From Balamuthia mandrillaris (taxonomy: Eukaryota), in assembly GCA_031835245.2 (NCBI GenBank), contig JAVKOQ020000047.1, forward strand, positions 124,001 to 188,000: 64,000 nucleotides of DNA. The letters run 5' to 3'. The stretch's first letter is position 1. Each line of letters starts with the position of its first letter. Below the pieces are notes generated by a model. That model was not told the origin of the DNA. It saw nothing but the letters and a program-made list of their open reading frames with translations, and ran no database searches. Of this stretch, positions 51,355 through 63,778 are shown piece after piece. Position numbers and translations under genes: made by a program.

Positions 51355-52696
51355 TTACACGTGAAGCGTTTTCTTGAACGCCTCGTACGCGGTGAACTGA
51401 ATGGCAGCGCCAGGGACGCTTCTCGCGAAGTTGGCCCCCCAACCCTTGTACAGGGAGAGGAAGCCCTCCCGCGTCACCATCGTCATGATACAATTCCAGC
51501 TGTTCCTGTAGACCCGCTCCTGTCCGGCTAATCCGTTGGTGATCATTCGCCGTCGCACCGTGTCTCCTGGATACATTATTGTTTGGGCCGCCATTCCTGT
51601 TTTTTATCTTTGTCAGAAGGAGGAAAAGGAAAAGGTATAACAAGGCCAACCAAGCAAAAAACTAAACAGAAAAGAAAGCAATATAGAAACAGAAGAGAAT
51701 GCAGTGTTGAAGAAAAAGAAAAAACAAAAAAAACCTGAAATGGCGCCACACACAGGGGTGAAAAATACAGAGGTACGGCCCTGGCCGTCTTGTGGCATCG
51801 TCCGCTTCAACAACTCGTAAAATGTCATTTGCAACCCAACATATGGTGCACCTTTGTTTTGAAAGAAGATAGAAGAATGAAGAATGAATAAAAAGAATAA
51901 AAAAGTGAAAAGAAGAAAAAGAAAGCAAGCACAGAGTAAGAAGATAGAAAAAAACAGAAGAAAGCAAAGCAAACAAAAACAGCAACAACAAACACAAACC
52001 TGAAACGATGGTCGGTCCAATGCCCTTATAAAAGGCCAAGACTCCCTCCGTTCTTGCGGTGACCGCCATGCAGTGCAGGATGCCATCATAGCGAACGCCC
52101 ATGCTAGCCGCCAACGAGAGCCTCGTCCGTATGAACTCCAGCGGGAACGTGATGCAGGTCTGAAAGAGGCCCGCCATGGTGCCGCTCAGCATGAGCTGAG
52201 CAAAGTCGAGGCGGTTGGCGGCCTGCCCTGGCCGCAGCACCAACGTCTTGAACCAGTCGTTGAAGGAGAACTTGAGGGCGTAGACCGGGATAACGCGGGC
52301 TACGTTGGCGCCGTTCCCTTTGTAGAAACCGCGAACGCCTTCCTCTCTGAGGACTAAACCGAGAGCCTAGATGAGAGTTGATGAGATGAGTTTTTGAGGA
52401 GGAGGAAGAGAAGAAGAAGAACAAGCAGAAGAACAAGAAGTAAGTACCTGCGGGATGGAACGATATTTTATCGGATCCCCCGCTCGCATGCCCTGAATCT
52501 GGAACAAGATCTTCAGCCGTTCCAAAGGGGCGGTGGAGGTCTTTGTTACGGTCCCAGCCGCCGCGCTCGCCACCATCTGCAGGGCATGCACCTGCACGGG
52601 CGTGTAGCTCTTTGCCACGGCGGCGCCGGAGAGGAGAGAAGTGGCGGCGGTCGCGGGAGAAGCGGCGGTGAGGGTCTTTGTTTCGCTCACACTCAT
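51355..52696 (-). CDS. Mitochondrial carrier SLC25 (CoA/adenine-nucleotide SLC25A42/SCaMC-like branch), multi-exon
   Basis: APLERLKILFQIQ, EEGVRGFYKGNGANVARVIPVYALKF, FPLEFIRTRL, APYVGLQMTFYE, YPGDTVRRRM, KGWGANFARSVPGAAIQF. Confidence 0.9.
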
Positions 52697-53112
52697 TTTT
52701 GTTTTTTTTTTTGGAATAAAGAACCTTACTGGATATCTATGCCTGCCGCAAAGAGAGAGCGCCGGAAGAAAAAAAAGAGAATCACTTTTTTGCCTGCAAA
52801 GAAGATCACTCACAGAGAGAAAAAAGTGATTGTCATGCCTGTCAAAAACGAAAAGGACCAATATGTGCCAATAACAAACAAGAGGGAGACGCCGCCAATG
52901 CGGGTGTGATTCTTTGGAAAGGATGTGGTAGGGACAGGGTACAAGAGGACGACGATAGTGTTTCTTTTCTTTCTTTTTCAGAAGTTTTTGCCGCCTTAAG
53001 GGAAGACGAGCACTGTGGGCTCTTGTATCTTTCACCATCCAAAATGAAACTTGTATAACCGGGTGGCTCTGTTTTTAAAACGACAATAGAGACGAGCTGT
53101 GTACGGGGGAGA

Positions 53113-53166
<54 letters not shown>

Positions 53167-53332
53167 TGTTTTTGCAAAAAATTGCTTTGTGATCATTTGT
53201 TTTTGTTTACAGCGTCCATCTAAAAGGAAAGAAAAAAAAAGAAAATATAAATAAAGAATAAAAGCAATAAAGAAGAAAAATGAAAACCAACGTTTGCAGA
53301 GAGAGAGAGTTCCACCTTCGCTTTCACCCCAT

Positions 53333-55104
53333 TCACTTATTCCTGTGCGAGTTTTGGCTCTTCTGCTTTTGCTCGCTGCAAAACACGTCGTAGTGGACCA
53401 ACGCCTCCTTGATGATCTCCGCCGCTTTGACGATCTGCTCATCCTCCAACACGGACGAGATGACCACGCGAATGCTGGGCTCGGGCAAGAACCTCTCTAC
53501 CTCCGTATAGTGCGCACGCGTCAATAAGAGGCCACGATGTAATGCCTCATCCACCACTCCCTGCAAATACTTCTCGTCTTCATATCTCTTCGCTTTCTTT
53601 CTCTCGGCGGTTGTCAGTTGCTTGCTGCTTCCTTCTTGTTGTTCGTCTTCTCTGTTGTTTGCGGATCTGTTTTGGAGTCGTCGAAGGTGAATAATCGGGG
53701 AGAGAGGATCAGTGCCTTGCATCGTGACTCCATAACGTTCGATGTCGCTCATTTCCTTGTGGAAGAGCGCCACCTTGTCCTGCAACTTTTGCTGCAAGAA
53801 GCCCGTGTGCTCATCAATCAGCTCGAATGCTTTGAGCGCAGCGGCTACGATATAGGGAGGACTCGATGCGGAGAAGACGTAGCCAGATCCCATAAGGCGC
53901 TGATGAAAGACTACCGCGTTGCTGCTGCAGCAAAAACCGCCCAAGGAGCCAAGAGCGTGACCCATGCTGGCCGTCAGGATGTCAATCTCACGGGCATCCA
54001 CTCCCCAGTGCTCGCAGGTACCGCGGCCAGAGGCGCCCAATGTGCCGATGCCAAAGCTATCATCCATGATAAGGCGGAAGCAGAACTCGCGCTTGAGAAG
54101 GAGGAGCTGTTTGAGGGGCGCGATGTCGCCGTGGTTGGCGTAGAGTCCCTCCACTACGACGAACTTACGGTAGAGCTTAGGGTTACGACGCATCCGAGCG
54201 TCCTCCTGTTGGATGCTTTGAAGAATGCGACGCAGATCGGACATGTCGTTATGGCGGAAATAGACCACCTTGCTGCGGGAACGCACAATGCCAGTTTGTA
54301 AGGCATGAGCAACTCCTTCATCACTGGTTTGTTGTGTTGGTTAGGTATTATTGATAAAGAAAATAAGGAAATAAGAGAACGGAACGGAAAAGTACCAAAT
54401 AATTAGATCAGAAACTTTAGAGAAAGCGGGAATGGCAGAGGCGATGGTGGCAAAGCCAGAGGAATAGATAATAGCTTCCTCAGTTCCCATGAACTCGGCG
54501 ATTTTCTTCTCCAACTCCAAATGCACATCTTCAAACAATATTGCGGTCAAAATAAGCACTGCTAGAAAGAGAGATTTGGGTAAGAAGTGTACCCATAGTG
54601 CCGTAAAAGCCACGAGGGCCACAAGAGCCACAGCCATAAGTGCGAAGAGCATTCTCCGCTGTTTTCTTCAGCTCTGGATTGCTAGACATGCCTAAGAAGT
54701 TGGTTGTGGCCATGTTGATAGCTTCCTTTCCGTTCACTTCGATAAGCTTCCCATTATCACTATACGATCATCGGATAAGCAAACGAAGAAGCAAAGGAGC
54801 AGAAGAAGGAGAAACAGGAGGAGAAGAACGAAGAAGAAGAAGAAGAAGAAGAAAGAAGAAGAAGAACAAGAACAAGAAGCAGCGAAGCAGAAGAAGCAGA
54901 AAGAACAAGAGGAGGAAAAGAACAAAAAAAAAACAACCTCAAGACATGAAAACATACCTTGTGATGGTGGGCACGGTGGTGGCGCTCCACTTTTGAAACT
55001 CGCTCAACGCGGGCGACAACGGCAGCGGCTCCCATTCCGCCACCAGCTCATCGATTTCCTGTTTATTTATAGTTTTAAGTTTAGCGTCAAAAATAAATAA
55101 ATAA

Positions 55105-55143
<39 letters not shown>

Positions 55144-55514
55144 AAAATAAAAAAAAGAAAAAGAATTGAAGATATAAAACTGAAAATGAATTGAAAAGGG
55201 GGAAAAAAAACCTGATCGGTGAGACGCTCGGGCTTTTCTTTGATTTTGTAGCTCTTCTGGAGGAGCAGGTAGACGATGAAGATGACGAAAAAGGCCTCCA
55301 GGCAGATGTGGAAGGGGTGAAGCTCCGCGGGGAGGTAGGCCGCCAGCCAGGGCAGCGTTGCGCTCATGCTGTACGAGGAGAAGAAGGCGGAGGGCTGCGC
55401 GAAGAGGTTCCAGAAAGCACCCCCCTCTCCTCCGCCCTCCATCACGGTCGTCGCCGTCGACGGAGTTGCGGCGGCAGCAGCAGCAGCGGTCGTCAGCAGG
55501 ACCATCAATCCCAT
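53333..55514 (-). CDS. LCB1: Serine palmitoyltransferase subunit 1 (LCB1/SPTLC1), multi-exon
   Basis: [108 protein letters not shown]. No PLP lysine motif, as expected for LCB1. Confidence 0.93.
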
Positions 55515-56105
55515 TTTTCTAGAAAGATAAATGTGTCACCACAAATGATTGTTATTATTTTTTGGGATTTGTTTTTGTTGGCAGAGTTTTGTTGAAGAAG
55601 AAGAGGTTTTGTTTGGTTTTGTTTTGTTTTGTTTTTTTTTTTTGAGCGGCGAAAAAGAAATCAAGTGGGACGGGTGACCCACTAGCTTCTCTCTGCTCTT
55701 CTCTCTCCTCTCTCTTTCGTTCTTTTATTTATTTTTTTTTTTTTAATACTTTGGGAATTCCTTAATGCAAAAAAAAATTGAGGAACAACCGAGCACAATT
55801 ATTGCTATAGTTGACCACCTTTAGCGCAGGTGGTCCATGTATTAATTGTCGACATTGGTTATTGTCGACATCCTTTCTCTCTGCACTGATTTGCTTTCTT
55901 CTGTCTTCTTCATACCTCTTTCTTCATTCTTCATTCTTCTTTCATCTTCTTCTGCTTGTTCTTCTTCTTCTTCTTCTTCTTCTTCTGTTTCTTCTTCTTC
56001 TTCTTCGTTCTTCTTTCTTCATTCCTCATTCTTCACTCTTCATTCTTCATTCTTTCCTCGTCTTTGCTTTCTTTCTTATCGTTTGCGATCTTTCTTTTCC
56101 TCAAA

Positions 56106-56796
56106 TCAAACAAGAACAATCTTTTGCAGGATTTTCTCTCTCTTGACAGGATCCTCCTTCCAATCGTCCTTGAAGAGCGTGGTGAAGACCACGTTGTAGA
56201 AGTCAGGGTCGTAGTTGACGGCTCTGTGGCAGTCGGGAGAGAAGTTCATCTCCAACAGGACCGGATTCATGTGTTCGTCCAACATCACATCAGCCCCGTA
56301 AACGGCTCTGCACCGATGCACCATCTCCCAATCTTTTGTCGCTGTTTTTGCTCGTTTGTTAGAATAGAAATAAAGAAGAACGAGAAAAATGGATAGAAAA
56401 TGAATTACAAACCATTCGGAGGAGGAACGATGCCTTGCCAGGACGAAGCTGCGCTCTCAGATTGTGGTTGAACGGCCGCCACAAAGACGTCTTTCAGCAT
56501 CTGATAGATCTTAGGCTGAATGACGTTCTGCCAGTTGTGGTCAGTATCGAGTTTGTGCTCCGTCTCAAAGTCGCGAATAAAATCAGTGTAGAGGATCTGT
56601 TGGAGGGCGAATGCGGAGTAGTTCATCACCGTAAAGTGCTTTTCGTAGTCGTGAAGATCCGTGAGAGAATATTGCTTGTTGCCCACTCGAATCCAAAACA
56701 TACGATAGATATAAACCTTTGTGTTGATTGTCAGAGATTACGTTTGTATTTTTGTTTAGAGAGAGAGTTAGAGAGATAGAGAGAGATAGAGATAGA

Positions 56797-56837
<41 letters not shown>

Positions 56838-59800
56838 GTTACCTCCAAAGGCTGCACACTCCGCAACAAAATAATGAAACGAAGGTCAAACTTTCTGCCC
56901 TGATAGAGCGCCGGACGACTGAGATACTTGCTCACAATCTTTGGTCCCGTCTCTACCGAGCGAACGATCGGCGCCAAGTCCTTTGTCACAAAAATCTCAA
57001 TGCCTCTTCCTTTGTTCCATGGCTTGACGATCCAGTGGTCATCTTCTTCTTTTTCCTTGCGTTGCAGGTAGTCTTCCACAAAGAGAGGCAGTTGAGTGTT
57101 GAGATTGTAAGTGGTTGGCAGCCATGTTGCTGCAGTGCCCCAGCATCGCTCCACTGTGTCAACCAACAAGTGCTTTTTTGTGACACAAAGATAACTTAGG
57201 AGGAGAACATGCAGAAGAAGAAGAAGAAGAAGAAGAAGAAGAAGAAGAAGAAGAAGAAGAAGAAGAAGAACAAGAACAAGAAGGGAAATTTAAAAAAACC
57301 TTATAGGTGATGCACTTCTCATTCGGGAACTGATTAATCATCTGTCCAGGCTTTCCTCTGGCAAGAATGTCCTCCACTTCTCCCATGTCTCCACCGTACC
57401 ACACCACATCCGCCTCCTCCGGTCTCTCCACAAACGGTCCAAACTCTTCGCTCCAAGTCAAAGCTTGACATAAAAAGTCAATATCTGAATAAACAGAGAG
57501 TTTCTTCTTCTCTGTTTCTTTCTTCTTCATATCGTTTTCATTTTCTGTGGATGTGGAAGATGGAGGAATGATGGACTTTAACCGGTCTTGATGTTGCTTT
57601 AGCACCCTCTTCATCAAATCTCGATAACTAACTTCTTCCTCTGATTCTTCCTCTGTCGAAACAAGTTCGTCTTCACACATCCAACCGAGAGCAATAGCTT
57701 TGACTGCTCTAGCAAAGTCGGTCGTCAGTCCCACGAAAAAGTCTCTCTCCACGAGACTTCCCTCTTCTATTTCTTTCACCGGCCAAAATAAGCTGTAGGC
57801 TTGAGCTTGTGCTTGAGGTTGAGCCGTTCCGAAATAGAAGAAAGGAATGCAGCGTACGTTGGCATCGTCCGGATCGAGCCCACAGTGTGAGATGCGGGTG
57901 CCTACTTCGTCCATCATGTACCAAACTGCTGTTCCTTCTGTTGACTATTCTGGATATAAATAAACAGCAGCGACAGGCGGGTAAATGAAAAACAGAAAAA
58001 AAGGGAACCAACCTGAGCCGCGGGATCCATAGCCACCCTATAGGTTTGGTTGTACTTCCACATCTCACTCCAAATATCCTCCACTAACTGTTCTTTCGGT
58101 TTAACCTCTCCACCTTCTTTTTCTTCCTCACCGTCTCCTTCGACACTTACTCCAACCAACGCTGCCATTCTGTGAAGCAACTGCGGCGGCATCTCTTCCA
58201 GCTGCTTTCGGGCTGTGTCAAAAGTATAAGTCCAAGCATGGTCTATAAGGAAGATATCAGAGAATGCTTTGACTCCTTCCTCCGCTGCTACCACCAGCTT
58301 CAGCTTTTGGTCGGTTGGATCAAAGCCCAATTGGAATTTTTCTCCTGCATCAAATCTTTCTTCTGTATGTTCTGTCAGAGAACGGAAAAGTAGGATTTTT
58401 TTAAAAGTAGAAAAGAACCTTTGAGTTTTTGGTAAAGCACAGGCCACAACGAAGGAGGTACTTTCATCTGCAACAACTGAGCTTGATGCCTCTCAAGGAA
58501 GAAAGCATTATACTCGACGACATGTTGCGGAATAGATTCCCCTCTCGCCAAATAATCCAACGGACTCATCGAATCACCCATTTCCTTTTCAACCAGCTCT
58601 TTCACTGCCTTCCATTCTTCTTCTTCACTCCGTGTAGCTTCCGTCTCTTCTTTTTGTTCTTTCGATGTGGAAAACCATCCTCTTGTTTGCGCAATCCGAA
58701 GCGCTTCGTTGCCGTCCACACAGCCGTAACGACTTTCAAAGAACTTTCTTCCTGCTTTTTTCTGTGGTTCAGATGCCGTCAAGGTGGAAGAGAGAGTTGA
58801 GTCTAATTCTTCAGGGCCAGCAAAGAGGTGCAGGTGAGAACGGTATTCCTCCGTCTCAGCATCAACAGGTTCGTCAGCAACATGAACCATGGAACGATGG
58901 TCAAACGCCAGAATTGAAGAATGCTCCGAGAAATAAAGAGCCTCAAATGGAACGCTGGAGTTTAAATCCGTAATTATCTGATGATATTGATAAAGAAAGA
59001 ATTAACCTAAGGGAGCAAACAATCGAAGCCGAAAAAACCGAAATAAGAACAAGAAAGGCATACCACACGACAGGCATCCATGAAAGGAAGAATGTTGTAT
59101 TCTTCTTCTGGCACAACGGTGAAGTGTTTACGAAGTTCGATTACTCCTTCTCGTTCTGCTTCTGTCAAGCTGTGAAGAGGATGAATGACAGCGGTCTCTT
59201 TATCCGTGTTAGACAGATCTTCAAGGTAACAAAAGCCGTGGAACTTGACGAAGAACCGAGCTTTGTCCTTGAGTTTTTCTTGTAGCTTGATGAGTGCTTC
59301 GCGAATCTTGGGTTGCACCAAGAAGCTCGTTTCGCCCACCGATGGACAGATGAGCACCCCTAAAACAGCAAGTGAGGTAACAAGTAAGAAGAAAGAAGAG
59401 AAGATAGAAGAGAAGAAGAGGCAACTAAAATCGCAACGAATACAAACCAAGCTTTCCAGCATGCTCCTCAGCAAAGTACCTTTGCCTCACGTCCTCTGTA
59501 GAGTAAGGCAACGTGCCCCTGAAGAACCTGGTAAAGAACAGCGGCGTGCGGTGCTCCCGGTCTCCACAGCTCTCACAGCCAAACATGCAATGACCCACCG
59601 GAAAGACGTCCACAACGGTTTCCTGCTGCTCTCCTCCAAAGAAAGAGCGGATCAGGTGCAGGACTTGGGCTTGAGCGCGGCCAAAGCCATAGTTGGTGGA
59701 GGCGGTGAGCAGGAAGACGACACGACGGCCCAGGCGACGGTCCTCGCGCAGCTGCTCAAAGAGGTGGCGGAGGGTGAAGGGCAGGACGCGCTCCACAAGG

Positions 59801-60194
59801 GGCCAGCGCTGCTTGTCGCTGTACTCCTTTTGCATGCGTTGCGTGGCGGTGTTCCATTGATAGAGAAACTGATGAGGCCAAAAAAAAAAACAGAGTGGAG
59901 AGTGAGTGAGGATCAGGACAGAGGCAAGCAGGAGAAGTGAGAAGAAGAACAAGAAGAGGTACCGCTTTGCTTGGGAAACGTTCTAAGAACGGTGCGCGAT
60001 GTTCCACCTCGAATGGTCAAACAAAAAAAAAGTAGCGACGATGAATTTAATGAGAATGAATGCTTCTTATGAAAAAAAAAAACAAAGTGTTTTACCTGTG
60101 AATAACTGGTATGCACCGGAAAGTAGCAGACGATATTGGCGTTCTTTAGCGTTGCCTCATCCACCACCACCATCGACGACGACGCTGCTTCCAT
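56106..60194 (-). CDS. TTLL12: Tubulin-tyrosine ligase-like 12 with an N-terminal TagF/CDP-glycerol glycerophosphotransferase-like (GT-B) domain, single multi-exon gene
   Basis: TTLL12 motifs VPPSLWPVLYQKL-EERFDAG, IFLIDHAWTY, MWKYNQTY, WYMMDEVGTRISH, INQFPNEKCITYK, WIVKPWNKGRG, KFDLRFIILL, YEKHFTVMNY, AVYGADVML, LLEMNFSPDC. Upstream exons join in frame through an 86-nt phase-0 intron (59063-58978). Confidence 0.85.
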
Positions 60195-60237
60195 CCTCTC
60201 CTCTCTCGTTCTGATCAGGTTCTTGCTTTTTTAAGGC

Positions 60238-60342
60238 GTCGACAAATAAATTTCCTAGTGTCGACACAGAGAATCATAAATTAATTTAAGGCGTCGACAG
60301 AAATCGTGTCGACACAATTGGGTTTATCTCGTGTCTGTCGAC
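60238..60342. promoter_or_regulatory. Cluster of five GTCGAC palindromes in a divergent promoter
   Basis: GTCGAC at 60238, 60260, 60293, 60308 and 60337, between ATGs at 60194 (-) and 60466 (+). Confidence 0.5.
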
Positions 60343-60465
60343 ACTGAAGTTTCTTTCTCTCTCTCTCTCTCTCGTGTCCAGAAACGTTCCTTCAGCAAAA
60401 ATAACAGCACACAGAAGCAGGTTTCGTTTTCACCGGCAGCACTAACAGTAACACACACGCACGCC

Positions 60466-60579
60466 ATGCAACACAGCGCCAAGATCGTAGTGGTGGGAGA
60501 TGTGGCAGTAGGCAAAACGTGCGTATTTTTTTTTAATGATACATTTTTTTTTGGGCTCTAATAATTCGCGTTTCTCTCT

Positions 60580-60617
<38 letters not shown>

Positions 60618-62872
60618 CTCTCTCATCAGATCGCTTGTCTCCAGTTTTGTGCACAACGAGTTTGAAGGTACTCTTTTGCTACGCTTTTTTTTGTTTGTTT
60701 GCTTGTTTGATTGCTGAGTAACCTATCTTTGCTTTGGTTTGTAGAGGAATACACACCGTATACAAGCCTTGAAACGGATGTGGCCAACATAAACATTGAC
60801 TCACAGCCGTGGAACTTGAGTTCGTTCTCTCTCTTTTTCTTTCGTCTTTTCTTGTCGTTTCTTTCTTTTCTTTTCTTTTCTTTTCTTTTCTTTTCTTTTC
60901 TTTTCTTTTCTTTTCTTTTCTTTGCTTTCTTCCTTCCCGTCCTTTCTTTCTTGTCGTTTCTTTCTTATCGTTTCTTTCTTTCGTTCCTTGCCATTTCTTG
61001 TAACACTTGCTTTTTTTTTTTTGCATCGGAATAAAGACATAGCCATTGCACCAGGCGGTGAGTCGCACACGAGGCTGCGTCCTCAAGTGTATCGAGGAGC
61101 TGACATTGTATTGTTGTGCTTTGATGTGAGCAAACCCGCTTCCTTTGAGAGCATCTATAGCCTCGTACGTAATTTAGTGGGCAAAAAAGAAGGAATGAGA
61201 GAAGAGAGCAGAGAGAAGAGCGAGGTGAGAGACGTTAAGACAAAAGCGATCCATCTGACAATGAGATACCATCCAGTATTGGCCCGAGATAGCAAGCGCA
61301 TGTCCAACTGCTCCTTTGATGGTAGTTGCACTGAAGGTGGACCTTCGCAATGACTCTGCGACGCTTACAAGCCTCTCCTCCAACTCCCTCTCCGTTATTG
61401 ATTCCACGCAAGGACAAGAACTTACCAACATGCTTGCTGCTAAACAGTTTGTTTTCTCTTTTCTTTTGCTTCTTTCTCCTTCCCGTCCTTATTCTCTTCA
61501 TTAAAACGCCAAAATAGATATGTTGAATGCAGCGCAGCAACACAACAAGGTGTGCATTCCGTATTTGAGGAAGCAGCAAGGGCTATAGCGGCAGCAAGAG
61601 GTGCCAGCAGTGCGGCCACAAATACCTCTTCTCCTATTTCTGCCTCCTCGGTTACTTCCACCATTAGACCAGCTCGCAAGCGACGTGCTCCTGATTTTTC
61701 TAAACTTTTAAAAATTCGGGTTTTTACTTCTCTTCTTTTATCTTATCTTTTGCCCTTCTCGCTCTTTTTCTCTCTCTGTTTTTTTCTCCATTCTTCTCTG
61801 CTTATTTCTCTTATCCTCCTCTTCTCTTATTCTCTTCTATTTACTCTTTGAAAATGTGTGCTCCATGCTTTTTTAACATTTCCTACTCATCTTATCAAAC
61901 ATAGAGTATAAATGATGTCACACAAGTTATGCAACACGTGGTGCCAGCCACCAACGAGGAAGATGACGCTGTAACACGCGCAAAGCCCTTCAAGACCAAC
62001 ATCGAAGTGGAGGTCGGCGAGTTTGACGAGGTAACCAGCCAAAGGGAGGGCTGCGAGCTTCGCTTCTCTCACAGCAAGCACACAACGGCGGATCCGAGCG
62101 GGTCTACTTTTGTTTTGGCTCTTTCTTTCTGCGTGAAACCGGATGTCGAAAGTATGGTTATTTTTTGTTGGTTTTGTTTTTAAAGTATCTTCTAACATTA
62201 CTTTTTCTTGGGATAAATAGCATTTAGTTTGGGCGAGTTGTCTGGAAGCGTTAAAAACATCCTTGGTCTTGCTTCTGACAAACTGCATTACACTCTCAAA
62301 AGTACGTTCTCTTTGCTTTGTTATCTTTTTTCCATTCTTCTCTTTTCTTATTTTTTTTTTCGGTTCTTTGAACACTAGGCTCTGTTTCTAGAGATGAAGA
62401 GAAAGAAGATGCCCCGACTGTCTTCACTCTCACTCTGACGTTCACCAACGCCTCTCTTCGTGAACAACTCACTCACTTTCTCGACTATTACGATCCCAAG
62501 CGCTTCAACGTTTCTCTCTCTTTTGATCAACGCCCTTCTTCTGCTTCGTCGTCGTCTTCTTCTTCTTCTACTTCCGAAGACTCCCTAAACGAAAAATTTA
62601 TTCAGTTCAAGTTTTTGTGGGACAGCGTCACAACAAGAGACACTGTCCGTTTGTTTGAGAATCTGCTTCGCTCCCAAGTGGATGCCAAAGCTTTGACGCT
62701 ATTGCGGGCCACGAAGCATCTTCGTTTTGGCATTGGCTTTGATGACATGACGGAGCTGCACGGAAAGGTTTTCAGTGGCCTACCAAATGAGTACAAGTTT
62801 ATCAACTGGAACACCGTCACTGCCCTCATTCAAGATCCGTTGCGAGGGTATGTCTTTTCATTCTATCTTCTT

Positions 62873-62909
<37 letters not shown>

Positions 62910-63155
62910 CTGGTTCTTTCTTGGTTTCGTGTTGTCTCATTCTTTTGTTCTTTCTTGCTCACTTCCTCCTTTCGTTTTTCATCACACAGATTATTATCAA
63001 AGCAAGAACTGCCTCCACCCGTAAAAGAAACCTACAAAAAAGTACAAAACTACTTGGATGGTTTGCACAGCATCCGCCTCTCTGTTGGCGACCACGAGCT
63101 GCTCTTGCAATGTGACCACTTTGATGTCTTCACTTTGTTGCCCACATTAGACTAA
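60466..63155 (+). CDS. Atypical Rho/Rac-family GTPase with uncharacterised C-terminal domain, multi-exon
   Basis: KIVVVGDVAVGKT, RLRPQVYRGADIVLLCFDVSKPASFESI, WPEI...CPTAPLMVVALKVDLR, YVECSAATQQGVHSVFEEAARA; more than 200 aa of extension ending HFDVFTLLPTLD*. Confidence 0.8.
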
Positions 63156-63280
63156 AACCCTCCTTTGTTCTTCTTCTTCTTCTTCTTCTTCTTCTTCTTC
63201 TTCTTCTTCTTCGTCATCTTCCCTCCTTCTCCTCCTCCTCCTTCGTGTAGCTTATTTTAAAGAAAAACAAAAGCATTCGT

Positions 63281-63778
63281 TTATAGCTCTTTCAACTCGC
63301 TGAAAGTTCTCACCAGCTCCACAATGTTGGGGGTGTGCTTCCATCCCTCCTCGATGGCGTACCGCTCCACCACCTCCTCCGTCCTCCGATGCTTGATGCT
63401 CGCTCGGATCCACTCCTGCTCAAAGTGGGCGTGGTAGCAGCCCTCCTCGAACAGCGGCAGCTTCTGCCTGAAGTGGTGGTAGATGCAGTTGCTAAGGACG
63501 GTCTCCACCCGCAACCGCTCCCACACGTGGGCGCGAGCGGCGGAGAGGTCGGCGAAGGTTTGCACGGGCCAGACTCCGGCGGAGGAACCGTACCCGGAGG
63601 AGACCTCCACCGCGTAGGGACTGCGATCGGCTTCTTCCTCCTTCGTCGTCTTGTTTGTTTGCGGGAACGGATGCGGATGCTGCTTCTTCATCATCGTCGC
63701 GGTTGGCTGAGCTTCTTTCTTTTCATAGTTTCTTTCTTCCTTTAGTGTAGGTTCATGTTTGGTGGCTTCAATTGTCAT
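63281..63778 (-). CDS. Hypothetical intronless protein
   Basis: Open GC-rich frame with coding-like codon usage (SPYAVEVSSGYGSSAGVWPVQTFADL...ELVRTFSELKEL); start uncertain. Confidence 0.55.
   Translation of the reverse strand: MTIEATKHEPTLKEERNYEKKEAQPTATMMKKQHPHPFPQTNKTTKEEEADRSPYAVEVSSGYGSSAGVWPVQTFADLSAARAHVWERLRVETVLSNCIYHHFRQKLPLFEEGCYHAHFEQEWIRASIKHRRTEEVVERYAIEEGWKHTPNIVELVRTFSELKEL

Noticed and set aside
30942..52696. The two SLC25 carriers as a local duplication
   Set aside because: Their motifs indicate different carrier subfamilies and there is no visible nucleotide similarity.
60238..60342. CRISPR-like or MITE interpretation of the GTCGAC repeats
   Set aside because: Repeats are only 6-14 bp and irregularly spaced, with no cas genes, terminal inverted repeats or target-site duplication; the context is eukaryotic.
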